Positions 1 through 13,010 of a stretch of DNA of 64,000 nt are shown here, piece by piece (positions within the stretch are counted from its first letter, which is position 1; the number at the start of each line of letters is the position of its first letter). The stretch is from Camelus ferus (Eukaryota). The notes below the pieces were generated by a model, which was given only the letters and a program-made list of their open reading frames with translations, was not told where the DNA came from and made no database searches. The position numbers and the translations under genes are program-made. Location: the NCBI RefSeq assembly GCF_009834535.1, contig NC_045707.1:64296001-64360000 (forward strand), given 5' to 3'.

Positions 1-1672
1 ATACTTTTTACTGCCACAGAGTCGTGCTAGAATTCAGCCGAGTCTGTACTTGCCACTCTTCTTTTCATCTTGTTGAGGATGGCTAGTAGTTCTCACTCAA
101 GCATTTCCTTTGAGACTTTGTCTGCACACTGCTTTTTCTTTTGTTGTGGGGTATTTTCTTAGTGTGGTTGCGTTACTCGTAATTTCATGTATTCAGGATG
201 CTAGACTTGGGCTGAGGTTCTAGGAGCAACATAGAAGTGGGTCAAGATTGACCTTTGGGTTAAAGATGGAAGAGAAAAAAATCTGAAAAGCAGCATAGAG
301 TGATGAAGTCAGGGTCAAGATTCAAGGACAAAACCCAAAAAGGCAGCAGCATGAAGAGAGGCAAAGACCTGTTGCAAAACACTGGGCAGGAAAGCAAAGT
401 ACACGCCTTTGGAATGGACGCGAGAGGGCTGAGTCTTGAATCTCTAAGACACAACGGGGAGCTAGTACACTTACTGGGAGATTTAGACAGAAGGGGAAGT
501 TGGGGTAGACAAGAAATCGCATCTCAGACTTGTGAAGCTTAGGTTGGAGAAGACTAGGATGGAGCCACATGGCTTCTGGAAGGAATCCTCCTGAGACAAT
601 ATTTGTACCTCAGGTTGGCTGCTGGTGTTGCCTGAGTCCCATTGATCACAAATCGGAATGTGCTCAATTCCTTTTTTTTTTTTTTTTTTTGGCAATTGAT
701 GTGATTTCTCTCTTTTGAGTGATTCTACAGGTTAATGAAAAGAGGGAAAGAGTTCTCAAGAGCTTTGATCCACTCTACTATTTTCTGTCAATTCCCAAAT
801 TTTATTTAAAGGCATATATCTTTGTAAGACACAGAAGAAACATGAATATGAAATCTAAGTCCCAATTGCTGTGTATAATATTCTACAAACATAACTTCCT
901 CCACACCCACTCCCAGAACAGGCTAGAATTAATTTTAGACATCTAGCCTTCACGGATGTAGACTGTTTGCATAAGACTGAAAAGAAGTGTCAATTGCCCG
1001 AGCTTCTGTGATATGAAAATGTGCCTAGAAGAAAGGAGAATGAGATTATTAGATAACTTTGGACTTTCCAAAGCCTTAACATGATAATCTCTTTGAGAGA
1101 TGACTGGAAAGTTTTGGTATTAAGTTTCTAGCACTGGTGCCATTTAAACGAAGCGTATCTTTTCAGGGAATTTTGGAAAACCAATGTGTTAGGGTTGAAG
1201 TAGTAAGATAAGCGTCAGGGAAGCTTGCAACGGAATGTGCTTTACTGTGCTAAAAAATTGCTATCTACTTGCGTCCTGGATCAGTGGAGACAACCTCTGA
1301 GACTTGTAAGAAACACAAACGTGGAGCCACAGTACCTCTTGGATTTGAGAAACAAGCCTTCCAACGTCAGTGAACGTCAGTGTGTGTTTTCATCCCAGAA
1401 CGCCCTACTCAAATTCTATTTTACACTGAATTTTAAAAGCGCGTGAACAGGGTCGGTGTGCAGCATGTGATGGGTAGCTCCTGAATACACACAAAAACAA
1501 GTCTCAAGCCACTGGAGCTTAGATGAGGACTTTTATAGTTAGTATACATCAGCTGGTCTTTCCAAGCATGGAGGAATGCTTCCTGTGTTCCATTCATGAA
1601 TCTTTCCTTCAAAACTTGCTCTCTCTTGGGGGCGATTTTCCTTAACACATATTTTTTGAACTGTTCATCTGT

Positions 1673-1716
1673 CCACCACCCACCCACCCACCCATCCATC
1701 CATCCATCCATCCATT
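1673..1716. repeat. (CCAC)n/(CCAT)n microsatellite at an L2 tail
   Basis: ccaccacccacccacccacccatccatccatccatccatccatt read directly. Confidence 0.9.
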
Positions 1717-1830
1717 ACTCCATCCAGTATCTTTTGAGTACTTAGTATGTGCCAGTCCTCAAGTGAATGGCTGGGAATACAATGAAGAAGAAGACAGACT
1801 TTGTTTTTGACCCTGTCTTGTGAAATCTAG
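1700..1830 (-). mobile_element. L2 LINE 3' end
   Basis: catccagtatcttttgagtacttagtatgtgccag...ctgggaatacaatgaagaagaagacagac resembles the antisense L2 3' terminus (cattcaacaaatatttattgagcacctactatgtgccagg...). Confidence 0.7.
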
Positions 1831-1849
1831 TTGCCTTAACCTTCTCAGG

Positions 1850-2120
1850 CTCTCCAGCCCTCCTCAACTCAGGAGTTTCACTGGATTCTGCCTGTGTTTT
1901 CCCTCCCTGCACTGTGAAATGGAAACTTTTGCAAGGCAGTAGACTGGGAAATCGTAGAGCTCACTTACTTGTTTCCCTTCTCTTGGGATCATTGTCCTTT
2001 ATTGCCTGATGTCCAGTATTTTAAAAACCATTGTGTCACATGTTTTGTCCATTCTTGGTTATGTTAGCCAGGAAGGTGAGTTCAGACCCTGTTTCTTGAT
2101 CATGCGTGGGAGCAGATGTC
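1850..2120 (-). mobile_element. Old L1 (L1MC/MD/ME-type) 5' end fragment
   Basis: ctcctcaactcagg...gctcacttacttgtttcccttctcttgggatcattgtcctttattgcctgatgtccag resembles recalled antisense L1M 5'-end consensus. Confidence 0.7.
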
Positions 2121-2121
2121 T

Positions 2122-2430
2122 ACTATTGAGTTCTGGAGTTTTTTGTATACTCTGCACATAAGTTGTTTTTTTGTGTGTCAGATATGTGGTTTGTAAATAT
2201 TTTCTCCCAATTGATAGTTTATCTTTTTATTATTTTAATGGTGTCTTGTGCATAGAAAAAGTTTTAATTTCGATGTTCAGTTTGCTCTCATAGCCAAGAA
2301 CTCTTTTCCTAACAGCCCAGGTCACGAAAGTTTTCTCCTCTACATTTGCTACTTTTTAAGCTACCGGTCTTTTCATTCTATTTCAGTTGTGTGCATGGGG
2401 AAGATTAATTTTTGTTGCTGTATTGTGTGA
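2122..2430 (-). mobile_element. Old L1 ORF2 fragment
   Basis: tcagatatgtggtttgtaaatattttctccca...aaaagttttaattt is typical antisense L1 ORF2. Confidence 0.75.
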
Positions 2431-5425
2431 TACCTGTCTAAAGGCATACATCCATTCTGGGCTATAGTCCTTGGGGATTTTGACATACCTGTAATTATTC
2501 TGTGTCTCCACTGGATGTCAATACTGACAAGGAAAAGAAATTCAGATTGTGTATTGGGTCTGAAAAACAGTCCATCCTTTTAGGAAGGGTTAGGATGGAA
2601 TTGTCAGAAAAGAGGCTAGAAGACGTGAAATACACAGAGAATTCTGTCTCTCCTTCAGCCCTGTAATAAAGGTCAGGCAGAGTGGTGGGATTTAGTGCTG
2701 TAGCAGCGCTGAACTTCAAACCTGAAAGACTGAATTCTGTTTCCCACGCTGGCTCTTTGGTTGCTGACTCATGCAAAAATGAAACCACATTTTTGCTTGA
2801 ATGATTTGGCCAACTCTCACAAGGTATTTTATTGAACTAGAATTAGAGTTCCAGTCTTTATTTCTTTTGTTCATTTCCCAAACATGGACAGATTTCAGTG
2901 ATAATATAGAAAGGAATGACTTTCGTGAGAGAATTACCTGGGCCCCTTTGGTCTGTTTCCAAGGATATCAATAAATTCAGGAATATGAAACAGGACCCCA
3001 AGAGTCAAGCGACCTTTGATTATACTTCGGGCAGGTTTTGCTTCCAGGAAGGGCCTTGTCTGTTCAAGGACTGAGACAAGATAAGAAAAGTTGGATTTAG
3101 AGCACTTTTGCCCTCCTGATAATCTTCTGTAGAATTGCAATGTGAGGCTTAAAAGCTTTAAGGATTGAATTCTACCTAGCTGTTTTTAATTTCCTCATTG
3201 TGAAGTAGGTAATTATATATCCTATCATGTTTTTTAATGTAAAATCTTGTCTGTCTCTAAGATGACCAAATTTGAAAATTGGAGACAGCAGAACATACAG
3301 TTCTTTGACTGTATGGTCCTGCAGGCAGGATACAAAGATACAGGACTGATCAGATTCTTAGCAAGGAATTTTCCAGAACATATTTTATGAAATACCATAA
3401 ATGTGTTATATGATTACATTCAACAGGACTCTCAGTTGATCAGAGTGAGCTTATATTCATCATTGTCTGACAGGCATTGTGCTGATATGACTAGCAATAA
3501 CAAAAATATTCAATGAACAACCATCTCTAAACCAGGTGGGATTTTTGAGTAAACAATTAAAAACACGTTCTAACATTTGGAAAAAGATCCCCAAAATACA
3601 GCTTCAGATATGGGGATAATCTGATTCAGGCAGAAGTATCTCCAAAAAGTATCTTTTAATAAGTATTATATATTCCTGTGTTGGTGGTAGAGCACCCCTG
3701 AGGGATCTCGTTCTTTCTAGGGACCGTGAGTTTTCCATTATGACATGTTTCCTGTGGGAGCTTAACTCCCCTGTATAGTTAAGTGTCCAGCAAACCTGAT
3801 GTATGAATTGTAGTGGGGCCCCGCCTGACAGAAGTGTGCCCCTGACATCCCAGGATTCTCCTGTCCAGCGGTATATGGTCAGTAGAGCGTAACTGCATTC
3901 AGTTTTCATATTTCATAAGGTGACGGAATCCCACCCCGGCATGCATCACTTTGGGTCTATTTCTCCACAGTGCACAACATGTTGGATCGTTAAAATCATA
4001 CTCGTGCTTTGGCACCTGGCTTGAAGCTTTGCACTGTTATTCATTCCCTGGGTCAATAGGATGTGTAAGAAATGTAAAAATTAACAGCACTTTCGTTCGT
4101 CGAATTTGCTCACGTTAAATGGAAGACCTAGACGGTCTGCTTGTAAGTCGTGGGTTGGATTTTCCTATAGGTTGCTGGCAAAAGATACAGAAAATTATGA
4201 GGGTATAAATCATGCTCCAATACGGCTAAAAGCTTTGTTCCAGACATGGTATTGGCACAAAACTAAAAATATTGGATTGATTTTCCATAAGTTCAGAGCC
4301 ATGGTTTTCATATTCTCGATTTCAATGCCAAATTATATGACTAATACTATTTTTCTGTTTTGACATGATCTTGTGTTATGGTCCCATCTTTCAGATTTCC
4401 TATTCAAATTATTCTCTGGCTTGTCTTTATCAAACCAGAGGAATTGTGAATCTGGAAGACTGCTTAAAATCCTTTGGATGACCACTTTAATACTTAAAGG
4501 TAAAATACAGCCACTCTACAAAGATGGAGTATTGGGAGCATTGCATTGGAATAAAAACAAAATGATTAAAACAGCCTTAAGCAGCATCATTGGTTCCAAT
4601 GTGCTAAATTAAATCTGTGCCTCATACGATAGTAATTTTTTCTGTTTTCAGATGAATTAAGCCAAGTTTTAACTTGTGTGGCATAATCAGTCTTTTGCTG
4701 TATTTCTCATTTGTTTGGACAATAAGTAAACATTGGATTATTTGGATTAATGCTCCGTTGTGTTATAAATTTTTTTCCTGGAGAGGACATGAGTGGTCAG
4801 AAAAGAGCTTACCTCTCAATAAAAATAATTAAATGAACTTTTAAAATCCCAAATAATTCAAGAAGAGACATTTTATTCTCAAGTATTATTTGCCGCTTAA
4901 GATTAATTTCACATAAACTTGGTCAGCAGCAATATTTTCTTAGAGGACTCAAAAATACTAATTTAAAAATAGATTTCACCATCAAAATCCTTTGAGTAGA
5001 AGTTGTAAAGACAAACATTTTCTTTTTCTTTCTTTTCTTTTTATTTTAGTGGCCTTTGAAAACCATGAAATCTAGAATTTAGGAATGTGTGGCTTTTGGC
5101 TCGTTCCTTCTAGGGACCATGAGTCCTTAATAGAATAGCAGAGATTCACTTAATAGAACAGCTGAGTCGCTACTCCTGATGTGTTCCTAGTGTGACGTGG
5201 GTCCATAGCAGATGCTCAGTCAGTCACGTCCACTAACTGAATGAATGAGTTTGTGGACTCTGCGTGGATGTGTGTACAACGCAGAGTTCTCCCAAAGTGG
5301 CAGAGCAGGTTTGGGAGCAAATTTATTCCATTTATCATGGAAATGGAGCAGCAATGGAAGTGCCAGAGGTGGAGTTTGCAGCATCTTCCTCCCCAAACTA
5401 GTAATTTATTGTGAAGGAAAGAATA

Positions 5426-5747
5426 CGGGCCCACTATATTTTAGGTCCATTTTCAAGACCCCAAAAGCTCAAAAACTGTTAAGTCTTTATCCTAACATAT
5501 TTGAAGATAAAGCCAGACCTAGCCTGACAGAGGCTGTTTATGTTGTTTATTTATCCCACTTGGTATAAATAGTCGCATATTTTGCTGCAGACATACTGGG
5601 ATGTTGGATTCCTGAGTCCTGCTTCAGCCCCGGGTGGGAAGTTAAATAATATGTAATATATGCACCTTAATGCCTTTCTGAAATACTAAAGTTCTGAGTT
5701 CTAAAACGTTCTGGCCCCAAGGTTCAGGACAAGGGCTTGTGACCTTG
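5426..5747 (-). mobile_element. MER46C-like TcMar-Tigger non-autonomous DNA transposon, full length
   Basis: TA on both sides (5424-5425, 5748-5749). Reverse complement caaggtcacaagcccttgtcctgaaccttggggccaga...ccaagtgggataaataaa...gtgggcccg matches recalled MER46C. Confidence 0.8.
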
Positions 5748-8700
5748 TATTTAGTTGGTGAATAATTGAGATGCTTGCCGCTTACTTTCCTGTTTGTCAG
5801 TCATCCTCTCTTTTCTGATGCTCAACTTGAAGCAACTTTCTTGCACAGGGAGCTTCTCTTCCAGAGGATGAATGCTCCCCTGTCTGTTCCTGGATTCACG
5901 ACAGGGATTTCTGTTCCGTCATCAGCCATCAACCCTCCCCGTGACTTTGTTCTCTGGGAGTGGTGCTGTCGGTGCTTGGCTAACGTGGGAAGGTCCTAGT
6001 GCCCCATGTGGCCTAGAGGAGCACTCAGCATGTAAGCTGGCTCACTGTGACACGTCTGGGGCCATCGGAGATGTCGCACCGTACGTCGGATCACAGATCC
6101 CGAGTGATCAGTATGTAGGCTGTGCGCAGTGTTCTCTGTAGAGTGTAACAGAACAGAACCTGTCATTTGGGCTTTTTTAGTTTCAGGCGTCACCCATTTG
6201 GAAAGCCAAGCTAGAGAACCCAGCTGCAATGGCTTTATCCTTGACCAGAGGATGGTCTTCCTGTGCCATTGAAGAAGGAATGTCTGGATACATTGAACTT
6301 TCCCATGAAGCCAGCTCTGACATATCTACCCCATGAGGGACAGCTCTCAAGCTAGAATGCCTTTGCATCTGGCTTTAAGTTACTGACCCAGTTGGCCCAG
6401 ACTGAGACTTAATCAGGATGGAGAAGGAGTAAAACTGAAATTAGTTAACTCGGTTCCTCGTTAATGGTTCTGGCTATGGAATTTGTGGGGAGGATTAGGG
6501 ATGTTTAATGTTCTAAATTTATCCATGTAATCGCTCTGCCTCACTCTACTAATGGGAACGACTTGACGGCTCAGAACTGGTATTTCCAGCCCTCCTGGTG
6601 GTGGGTGGCTTGCTCTTCCCATTTCTCCCCCTTGACCTGGAGTTTGGAACATCCAGAGACCACGCTAGTCCTATCCTGCCCCTCTGATGACATCTCTCTC
6701 CCTCTTCTACCCTTCGTCCTGGCCCTCCCCTCCACGCCCCTGTCTCTTTCTCTCTCTTACTAATCATTCCTTGCTCACTGCCACTCTCATCCAGCCTGGC
6801 CGTGTCTGCCGGTTTATATGTCTGCCCTTTCCCACACTGGGGAAGTATGAGAAAAGATGGGAAAGGAGAGAAATAGGCATTTGCAATCCTCTACTGAGAC
6901 TTAAAAATATCACTGAAATCATTATTTATACCTTTTTTAGCCTTATCAAAATATAGCCTTCGTGTAGCAGTAATGGAATTTCTTAAATTTCGCTTTGCGA
7001 GCCTGGAGATCATTTAGGGTAGATGTTGTGGGAAGGAGATGTAGTCCCTAAACCGCTCTGAATTCCTTGGGAGATTTCAGTTGAACTGAAGGGCGCTAAT
7101 CCTTTATAATAAAATGAAATCTGCTTATCTGTTGACCCTGGAATAGATCTTCCCAAATTGCTCAGGGTTGAATTTATTTAAACTATCTTGTCAGGGAAGG
7201 TTTCGAAAGTTTCATTTTAGAGGGGTTCCCATGGGAAGTTCTCTCACCCAAATTCATGTCTTGATATGCTTGGTAGTCATATGTCATGTGACTGTTCTAC
7301 CTATTCAGAAAACAATTAAACAAATAAAACACCAGAGTCTACAGTAAGTGACTGAACACTTCTTTTCTAATGTTCAGGATTGCTTGTGCGCCGAACTGTA
7401 ATGGGAAATGTGTTAAGGAAGTCTTTTTGCTTTTTTGAGCACATTGTCAGCAAGAAGCTAGAAGGCGAGTTTAAAAACAGTCGCAGGCGTGGCGGCTGCG
7501 AGGAACTTAAAGTAGCATCTCTGGGGGGAGGTAAAGCCCAGCTTCTTGCCTTGAAACAAGCAGGAATAATGAGAAACATGGTCTTTGGGAAGCTTAACAT
7601 CCTGTGTTCCAACTCGGGCTTTCTGCAGTGCCCTCCCCTGTCTTTCACCTGTGACCCCGGGGTGCTCTACTGCTCACCCAGCTTCTGATGGTTGCAGTGA
7701 CCCTTGACCAAGGGCTACGAACCCAAAAGCACACAGGTCCCAAGCAAGAGCTATAAATGAGGGAAGTGGGCCCACAGGGGCTGCGGTGCACAAGACATCA
7801 CAGCCTGGCCCGCAGGAGAGGTTTCTGTTCAGTGCTCAGCCAGGACACGTACAGGACCCATGTTTTTAGAGATTCCATCCTTTATTTTCAAAAGGAACAC
7901 AAAATCCAGAATATCTTTTAGATATGCAATTTTTTAATTGAAAGCTCTAATGTTGTCATTATTCAAGTTTTTTTTTTGGAAAGCAACAATGACAGCAGCC
8001 GCCGGGATCGGGTGTGTGAGCCGTCTGCTGTGACTTCTGCCCCAGATGAGATAAGCCCAGGAAAAGACATCTGAACAGTTCACCTCTGCACTCGGTGACT
8101 CACAGATCCCACATTGTAAGGCTTAGGGTTTATTCTTAGTGTATTAGGAAGCACAGCCCAAACCTAGAGACGATTTAGTGCCACATGCATAGAATGTGTG
8201 AAGGGGCTGTAGCATCATGGTCTTGATCGTTAGAGAACGTCTGCACACGGTAAGTGGAGACATTGATCAGTTAATACAGTTTCGTGCTGTCCAGCTAGGA
8301 TCTTGCTGCAGATTCTCTTAACACTGATTCTGCAGCATGTACTCCACTTTAATGAGGCGGCAGTACCAACATGAACTAACCATAAAGAACTCCCCCCCTT
8401 CCAGAAGGGACCACCCAAAGAGAGAAGCTGAATTGAAGTCCCCGTAACACACACCATTGCTCGTGGAAAATGAAAAGAACTTGAGGGATGACTGATATTT
8501 ACAGTGATTTCGGACTCACTTGGCCTCTGTCTCTTCCCCCTAAATAAAGCAGTCTCATTTCAAGTGATTTGCTACAGCTTGTGATTGTAACAGTCAATTG
8601 TAAACTGGATCGACTGAATTTTATGGTTGTGCATTTGGCTTATGTAGATCTTACAGACATAAGCTGTGTCTGTATGATGCAAAGTCAGAGAATTTTTTTT

Positions 8701-8837
8701 TTTTGAATCTCAGCCAATGATTACTGAGTTTTGTGCTGTTAGAAACAAAGATACTTGTGACAATACCAGTCATCAAAACCCTGAAGTCTGTAAGGGAAGA
8801 GAGAAATGTATTCCACAATCTAAGTATGAGGCATTGA

Positions 8838-8913
8838 CATGACTGGGACATTGTGCTGTACACCAGAGAAATTCACATTGTAATTGACTGTACTTCAATA
8901 AAAAACATATATA
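8838..8913 (+). mobile_element. Very short 5'-truncated young L1 3' tail
   Basis: catgactgggacattgtgctgtacaccag...cttcaataaaaaa. TSD tatgaggc(a/g)ttga at 8825-8837 and 8914-8926. Confidence 0.85.
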
Positions 8914-8964
8914 TATGAGGCGTTGAGAGTTATGATAATGGTATTACTGTTCCGTCAGCAACTC

Positions 8965-9582
8965 CTGCTGCTTCTACCCCAGTGTAGATCCAGAATCCAG
9001 CCGCCTCTGTCCGTTACCACTATCCTAGTCAAAGACCCTGTTATCTCTCCTGGACCACCCCACAACCTCTGGTCTGCTCCTCACACATCCTTCCTGTCTC
9101 GCCACCTCCATCCCCATCCAGTTCATAGCAACCGGAGCAACTAAGAAACGTAAGCACAGCCTTGCAGGTATGGCCATTGCCAGCCTCTCCAGTCTCATCC
9201 CGTAGCACCGCCTGTTCCCGTCTGGTCTCCATCAGTTGCCACAAGGAGCTAAGTGCTTTTCTGGCTCAGAACCCTGCTGCTGGTTGTTCTCTCGCCCAAG
9301 AACCAAGGAAAATCTCCCCTGGCTTCAGTGTCATCTCCTCAGAAGGCTCTTGGTTGCCCTGAATTCTCTTTAAACTCCATTTCTGTTTTGCTTTTCACCT
9401 TTATTGAATGGGCATTTGTTTTTGTCTGTATTCTGGTTTTTTTTTTTTTTTCCTTCTGTCCCTTCCACTAGATTTCAGGAAATCAGCACCTTTGTCTTGG
9501 TCTCTGATGTGCTCTCAACATCTAGCAGAGAGCTTGGTGTACACACTAGTTTCTCAGTAAGTATTCATTTTAAGAATGAAGA
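8965..9582 (+). mobile_element. L2 LINE 3' region, degraded
   Basis: C-rich L2-like body ending ...agagcttggtgtacacactagtttctcagtaagtattcattttaagaatgaa. Confidence 0.6.
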
Positions 9583-9664
9583 AATCTCAAGGCCCCATTG
9601 GCGAAGTACCTGAAGCAGTTTATTCTGTCAAGATTACAGAAAAGGGGGAAGGGGAGTCAGTCAT

Positions 9665-10150
9665 TGCTTTAGTTTCCTAGGGCTGCCACTAAAAAAAGAA
9701 AAAAAAAGTATCACAAACTGGATGGCTTAAAACAATAGAAATTTACTCTCTCACTGTTCTGGGGGCTGGAAGTCTGAAATCAAGGTGTCTGCAGGGTTTG
9801 TGTTCCTTGGGACTCAGAAGGAGAATCTGTTCCATGCCTCTCTCCTAGCTTCTGGTGGTTGCCACCACTTCTCGGTGCTCCTTGGTTTGTGGCAGCATAA
9901 TTCGAACTTTTGCCTCCATTGTCACCTGACATTCTCCCTTGTGTGTCGATGTCCAAGTTTTCTTCTTCCTACAAGGGGACCAGTCATTGGATTATAGTCC
10001 TCCCTTATCCAGTATGACCTTATTTAAACTTGATTACATCTGCAGAGATTATTTGGGCAAAGATTATTTCCAAATACAGTCATGTTCACAGATACCAGAG
10101 AGTTAGGACTTGGACATATCTTTTGGGAGAACACAATTCAACCCATGACA
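9665..10150 (-). mobile_element. MaLR solo LTR (MLT1B/C-like)
   Basis: TG...CA ends, 5-bp TSD gtcat/gccat, and hallmark cacaaactggatggcttaaaacaatagaaattt...ggctggaagtctgaaatcaaggtgtc. Confidence 0.85.
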
Positions 10151-10354
10151 GCCATCTGTCTCTCAGAGAGTGTAACATTGGAGTAGGGTCTTAAAATATG
10201 AGTAAAAGTTGGAGTTGGGGGAGAGTCGGGCAGGTGTACAATTAGAGGAATAAGCAGGACAGTCCATTTTGCTTAAGAAAGACATCCAAGTTGGGTAGCG
10301 GTAGGTTGAGGGCAGCCTTGAATTCCGTATGAACGAGTCTTGGTTTTATCCTGC

Positions 10355-11365
10355 TGTCCTCACCTGCTTGGGCTGCTGTAACAAAATACCACAGATCGGG
10401 TGGCTTAGACAACAGACATTTATTTTCTCAGAGTTCTGGAGGCTGGAACTGCAAGGTCAAGGTGCCAGCAGGGTTGTGTGTGCTAAGAGCCCTCTCCTTG
10501 GCTTGCAGATGGCCACCTTCTTTCCAAGTCTTCACACAATGGAGAGAGAGGGATCACTAGTGCCTCCTCTTCTTCTTTTTATTTTATTTTTTTGGATCCA
10601 TAGTAGCCAGGGCAGCTCCGCCTGCACTTCTTTATTTTTTTTTTTAATTGAAGGATAGTCAGTTATATTGTATCAATTTCTGGTGTACAGCATACTGTCC
10701 CAGTACATGCATATACATACATATATTTATTTTCATATACTTCTTCATTAAATGTTATTACAAGATACTGAATATAGTTCCCTGTGCTATACAGAAGAAA
10801 TTTGTTTTTTTAAATCTATTTTATATATAGTAGTTAATATTTATAAATCTCGAACACCCAAATTTATCCCTTCCCACCCCCTTTCCCCTGGTAACCATAC
10901 GATTGTTTACTATGTCTGAGAGTCTCTGTTTTGTAGATGAGTTCATTAGTGTCCTCTCTCTCTCTCTTTTTTTTTTTTTTTTTTTTTTTTAGATTCCACA
11001 TATGAGTGGTATCATATGGTATTTTTATTTCTCTTTCTGGCTTACTTCACTTAGAACAACAATCTCTAGGTACATCCAATTTGCTGCAAATGGCATTGTT
11101 TTATTCTTTTTTATGACTGAGTAGTATTCCATTGTATAAATATACCACAACTTCTTTATCCAGCCATCTTTTGATGGGCATTTAGGATGCTTTCATGTCT
11201 TGGTTATTGAATATGCCTCTTCCTCTTCTCATAAGGACACCAGCCTTATCACCATTATGACCTCATTTAGCCTTTGTCACCTCCACACAGGACCTCTCTC
11301 CAAATACATTGAGGACTAGGGCTTCAACATATGAATTGGGAGGGGGACACAGACATTTATCACAC
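10355..11365 (-). mobile_element. MaLR LTR (MLT1A-like) split by a young L1 insertion
   Basis: gggctgctgtaacaaaataccacaga...ggcttgcagatggccaccttct, resuming after 11214 with ataaggacacc...gggcttcaacatatgaattggg. Confidence 0.8.
10577..11213 (-). mobile_element. Young L1 3' fragment with double poly(A)
   Basis: Antisense L1 3' UTR (aattgaaggatagtcag...gagtagtattccattgtataaatataccaca). 16-nt TSD at 10561-10576 and 11214-11229 with 2 mismatches. Confidence 0.9.
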
Positions 11366-11647
11366 CTGTAGACCAGAGGTCAGCAAACTGGCTCGTGAGA
11401 CAGAGTTGAGGCTGTGAAATTAAGTGAACTTGCCTCTGAGAGATCACCTGTGTGCTGATTCAGCTGGCCTTTGGTCAAGTGATATTCTAGAAGCTTCTTA
11501 GTAGCTATGATTGCTCAGTGGCATGGGGAGTACCTTGGTGAATGGTACCATGTATTGTTATGAAAGGATCCTCTGCATCTTGTGATGCTTTTTGCTTTTA
11601 TTTATTTATTTTGATAAATAGCAACTTTAAAAATATTGCCTGGTATA

Positions 11648-11770
11648 GGAGGGAGGATACAGCTCAAGTGGTAGAGCACATGCTTAGCATGCGTGAGGTC
11701 CTAGGTTCAATCCCCAGTACCTCCTCCAAGAATAAATAAATAAACCTAATTACCTCCCCTCACCAAAAAA
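11648..11770 (+). mobile_element. tRNA-derived SINE (camelid-type)
   Basis: Pol III A box (agctcaagtggtagagc), B box (ggttcaatccc), aataaataaataaacctaattacctcccc tail, poly(A), 17-nt TSD at 11631-11647 and 11771-11787. Confidence 0.9.
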
Positions 11771-11789
11771 AAATTTTGCCTGGTACATT

Positions 11790-13010
11790 TTACCATTCTA
11801 TTATTTTCAGTTATTCTATGTCCATATGTTTTAGATGTTTTGTTTTTATCTGACAATCTTAACTATGTTGTTTAATCAGTTTCACTGACTGTATGCTCAG
11901 TTATTTAATGATTTATCTGGATTTACATCTACTATCTTATATATTCTATTTACTTATTGTTTCTAGTCCCCCCCCCCTTTGCCTACCCTTTTTACAATTA
12001 ATTTTTTTCTCATTACATTTTCCCTCGGTTAGTTTAGAATTTATGTACTGTTTCTATTACATAGTGATTACCTTTGAAACTAAAGAAAACTAAAATCTAA
12101 ATTTAATCAATAACTTTAACTTTCTCTGGGGCAATAATAATTTTAAAAGGCTCTGAACAGTTTATCTCCCTCACCTCAGATTCTTATGCATTACTCTTTC
12201 TGTGTAATTTAATTCTTGTGTTTAACCTTACAAAGATTTGTGTTAGTATTGTTTTCAACAGTTGATACTCATTTAGATTTACTCAAATAAATTACAGTCT
12301 CATATGTTTTCATTCCTTCTTGCATCTCAAACTTCTGCCTTGGGTCACTTTGTTCCTAAAAAGTTTACTTTAGATTTCCCTTTAGCCTTACAGTGGTAAG
12401 GTATCTCTTTTTGATTGTCTAGAAGTATCTTAGTCTCTAAGCACCAAAGTCCATTTTGGCAGTTGTGTTTTTTCAGTATATTGATAATATTATTACACAA
12501 TTTCCTGGCTTTCGTTACTGTTGTGGAAAATTTGGCAGACAATCCATGTCTGTCTTTTGAAGGTAGTCTGGTGGCTTTTAAGATCTTTGCATCCTTAATA
12601 TTCTAAATGTTAATTATACAGTTTTTAGATGTGGATTATTAAAAGCTTATTCTTCATGAGTTCTTAAATCTAAGAACTATTCTCTTTGATTGGTTGTGGA
12701 AAATAATCAAGTATTATGTCTTTAAATATTGCATTTTCTATTTTGTCTCTCCTAGAATTATTACTGTACTTATGTTCAACTTCTCAGTATTTTTCCCTTT
12801 GAACCTCTTTTTTGTAATTTCTTTGCCTTCTTCTCTTACATCCTGAACTAAGTTCTAGCTCACCAAATCTCTCTTCAGCTGTATCTGGTCTGGGCTAATT
12901 CCTTCAATAATTTCTAAAAATTTATTGCAAGTAATATGCTTTCCATTCCTATAAATTCTCTTTTGTTCATTTCAGATATATGAGGTCATCTTATTTACTT
13001 TATCTATCCC
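11790..13010 (-). mobile_element. Old L1 (L1ME/HAL1-like) ORF1 region
   Basis: ORF 12345-12542 (SAKFSTTVTKARKLCNNIINILKKHNCQ) resembles the L1 ORF1p motif SADFSxETxxARRQWxxIFKVLKExNCQ. T-rich plus strand. Confidence 0.75.

Noticed and set aside
11648..11725. tRNA gene (also at 43660-43730 and 60409-60483)
   Set aside because: A and B boxes are present, but each copy has an A-rich tail, flanking duplications and divergence from the others, which indicates SINEs
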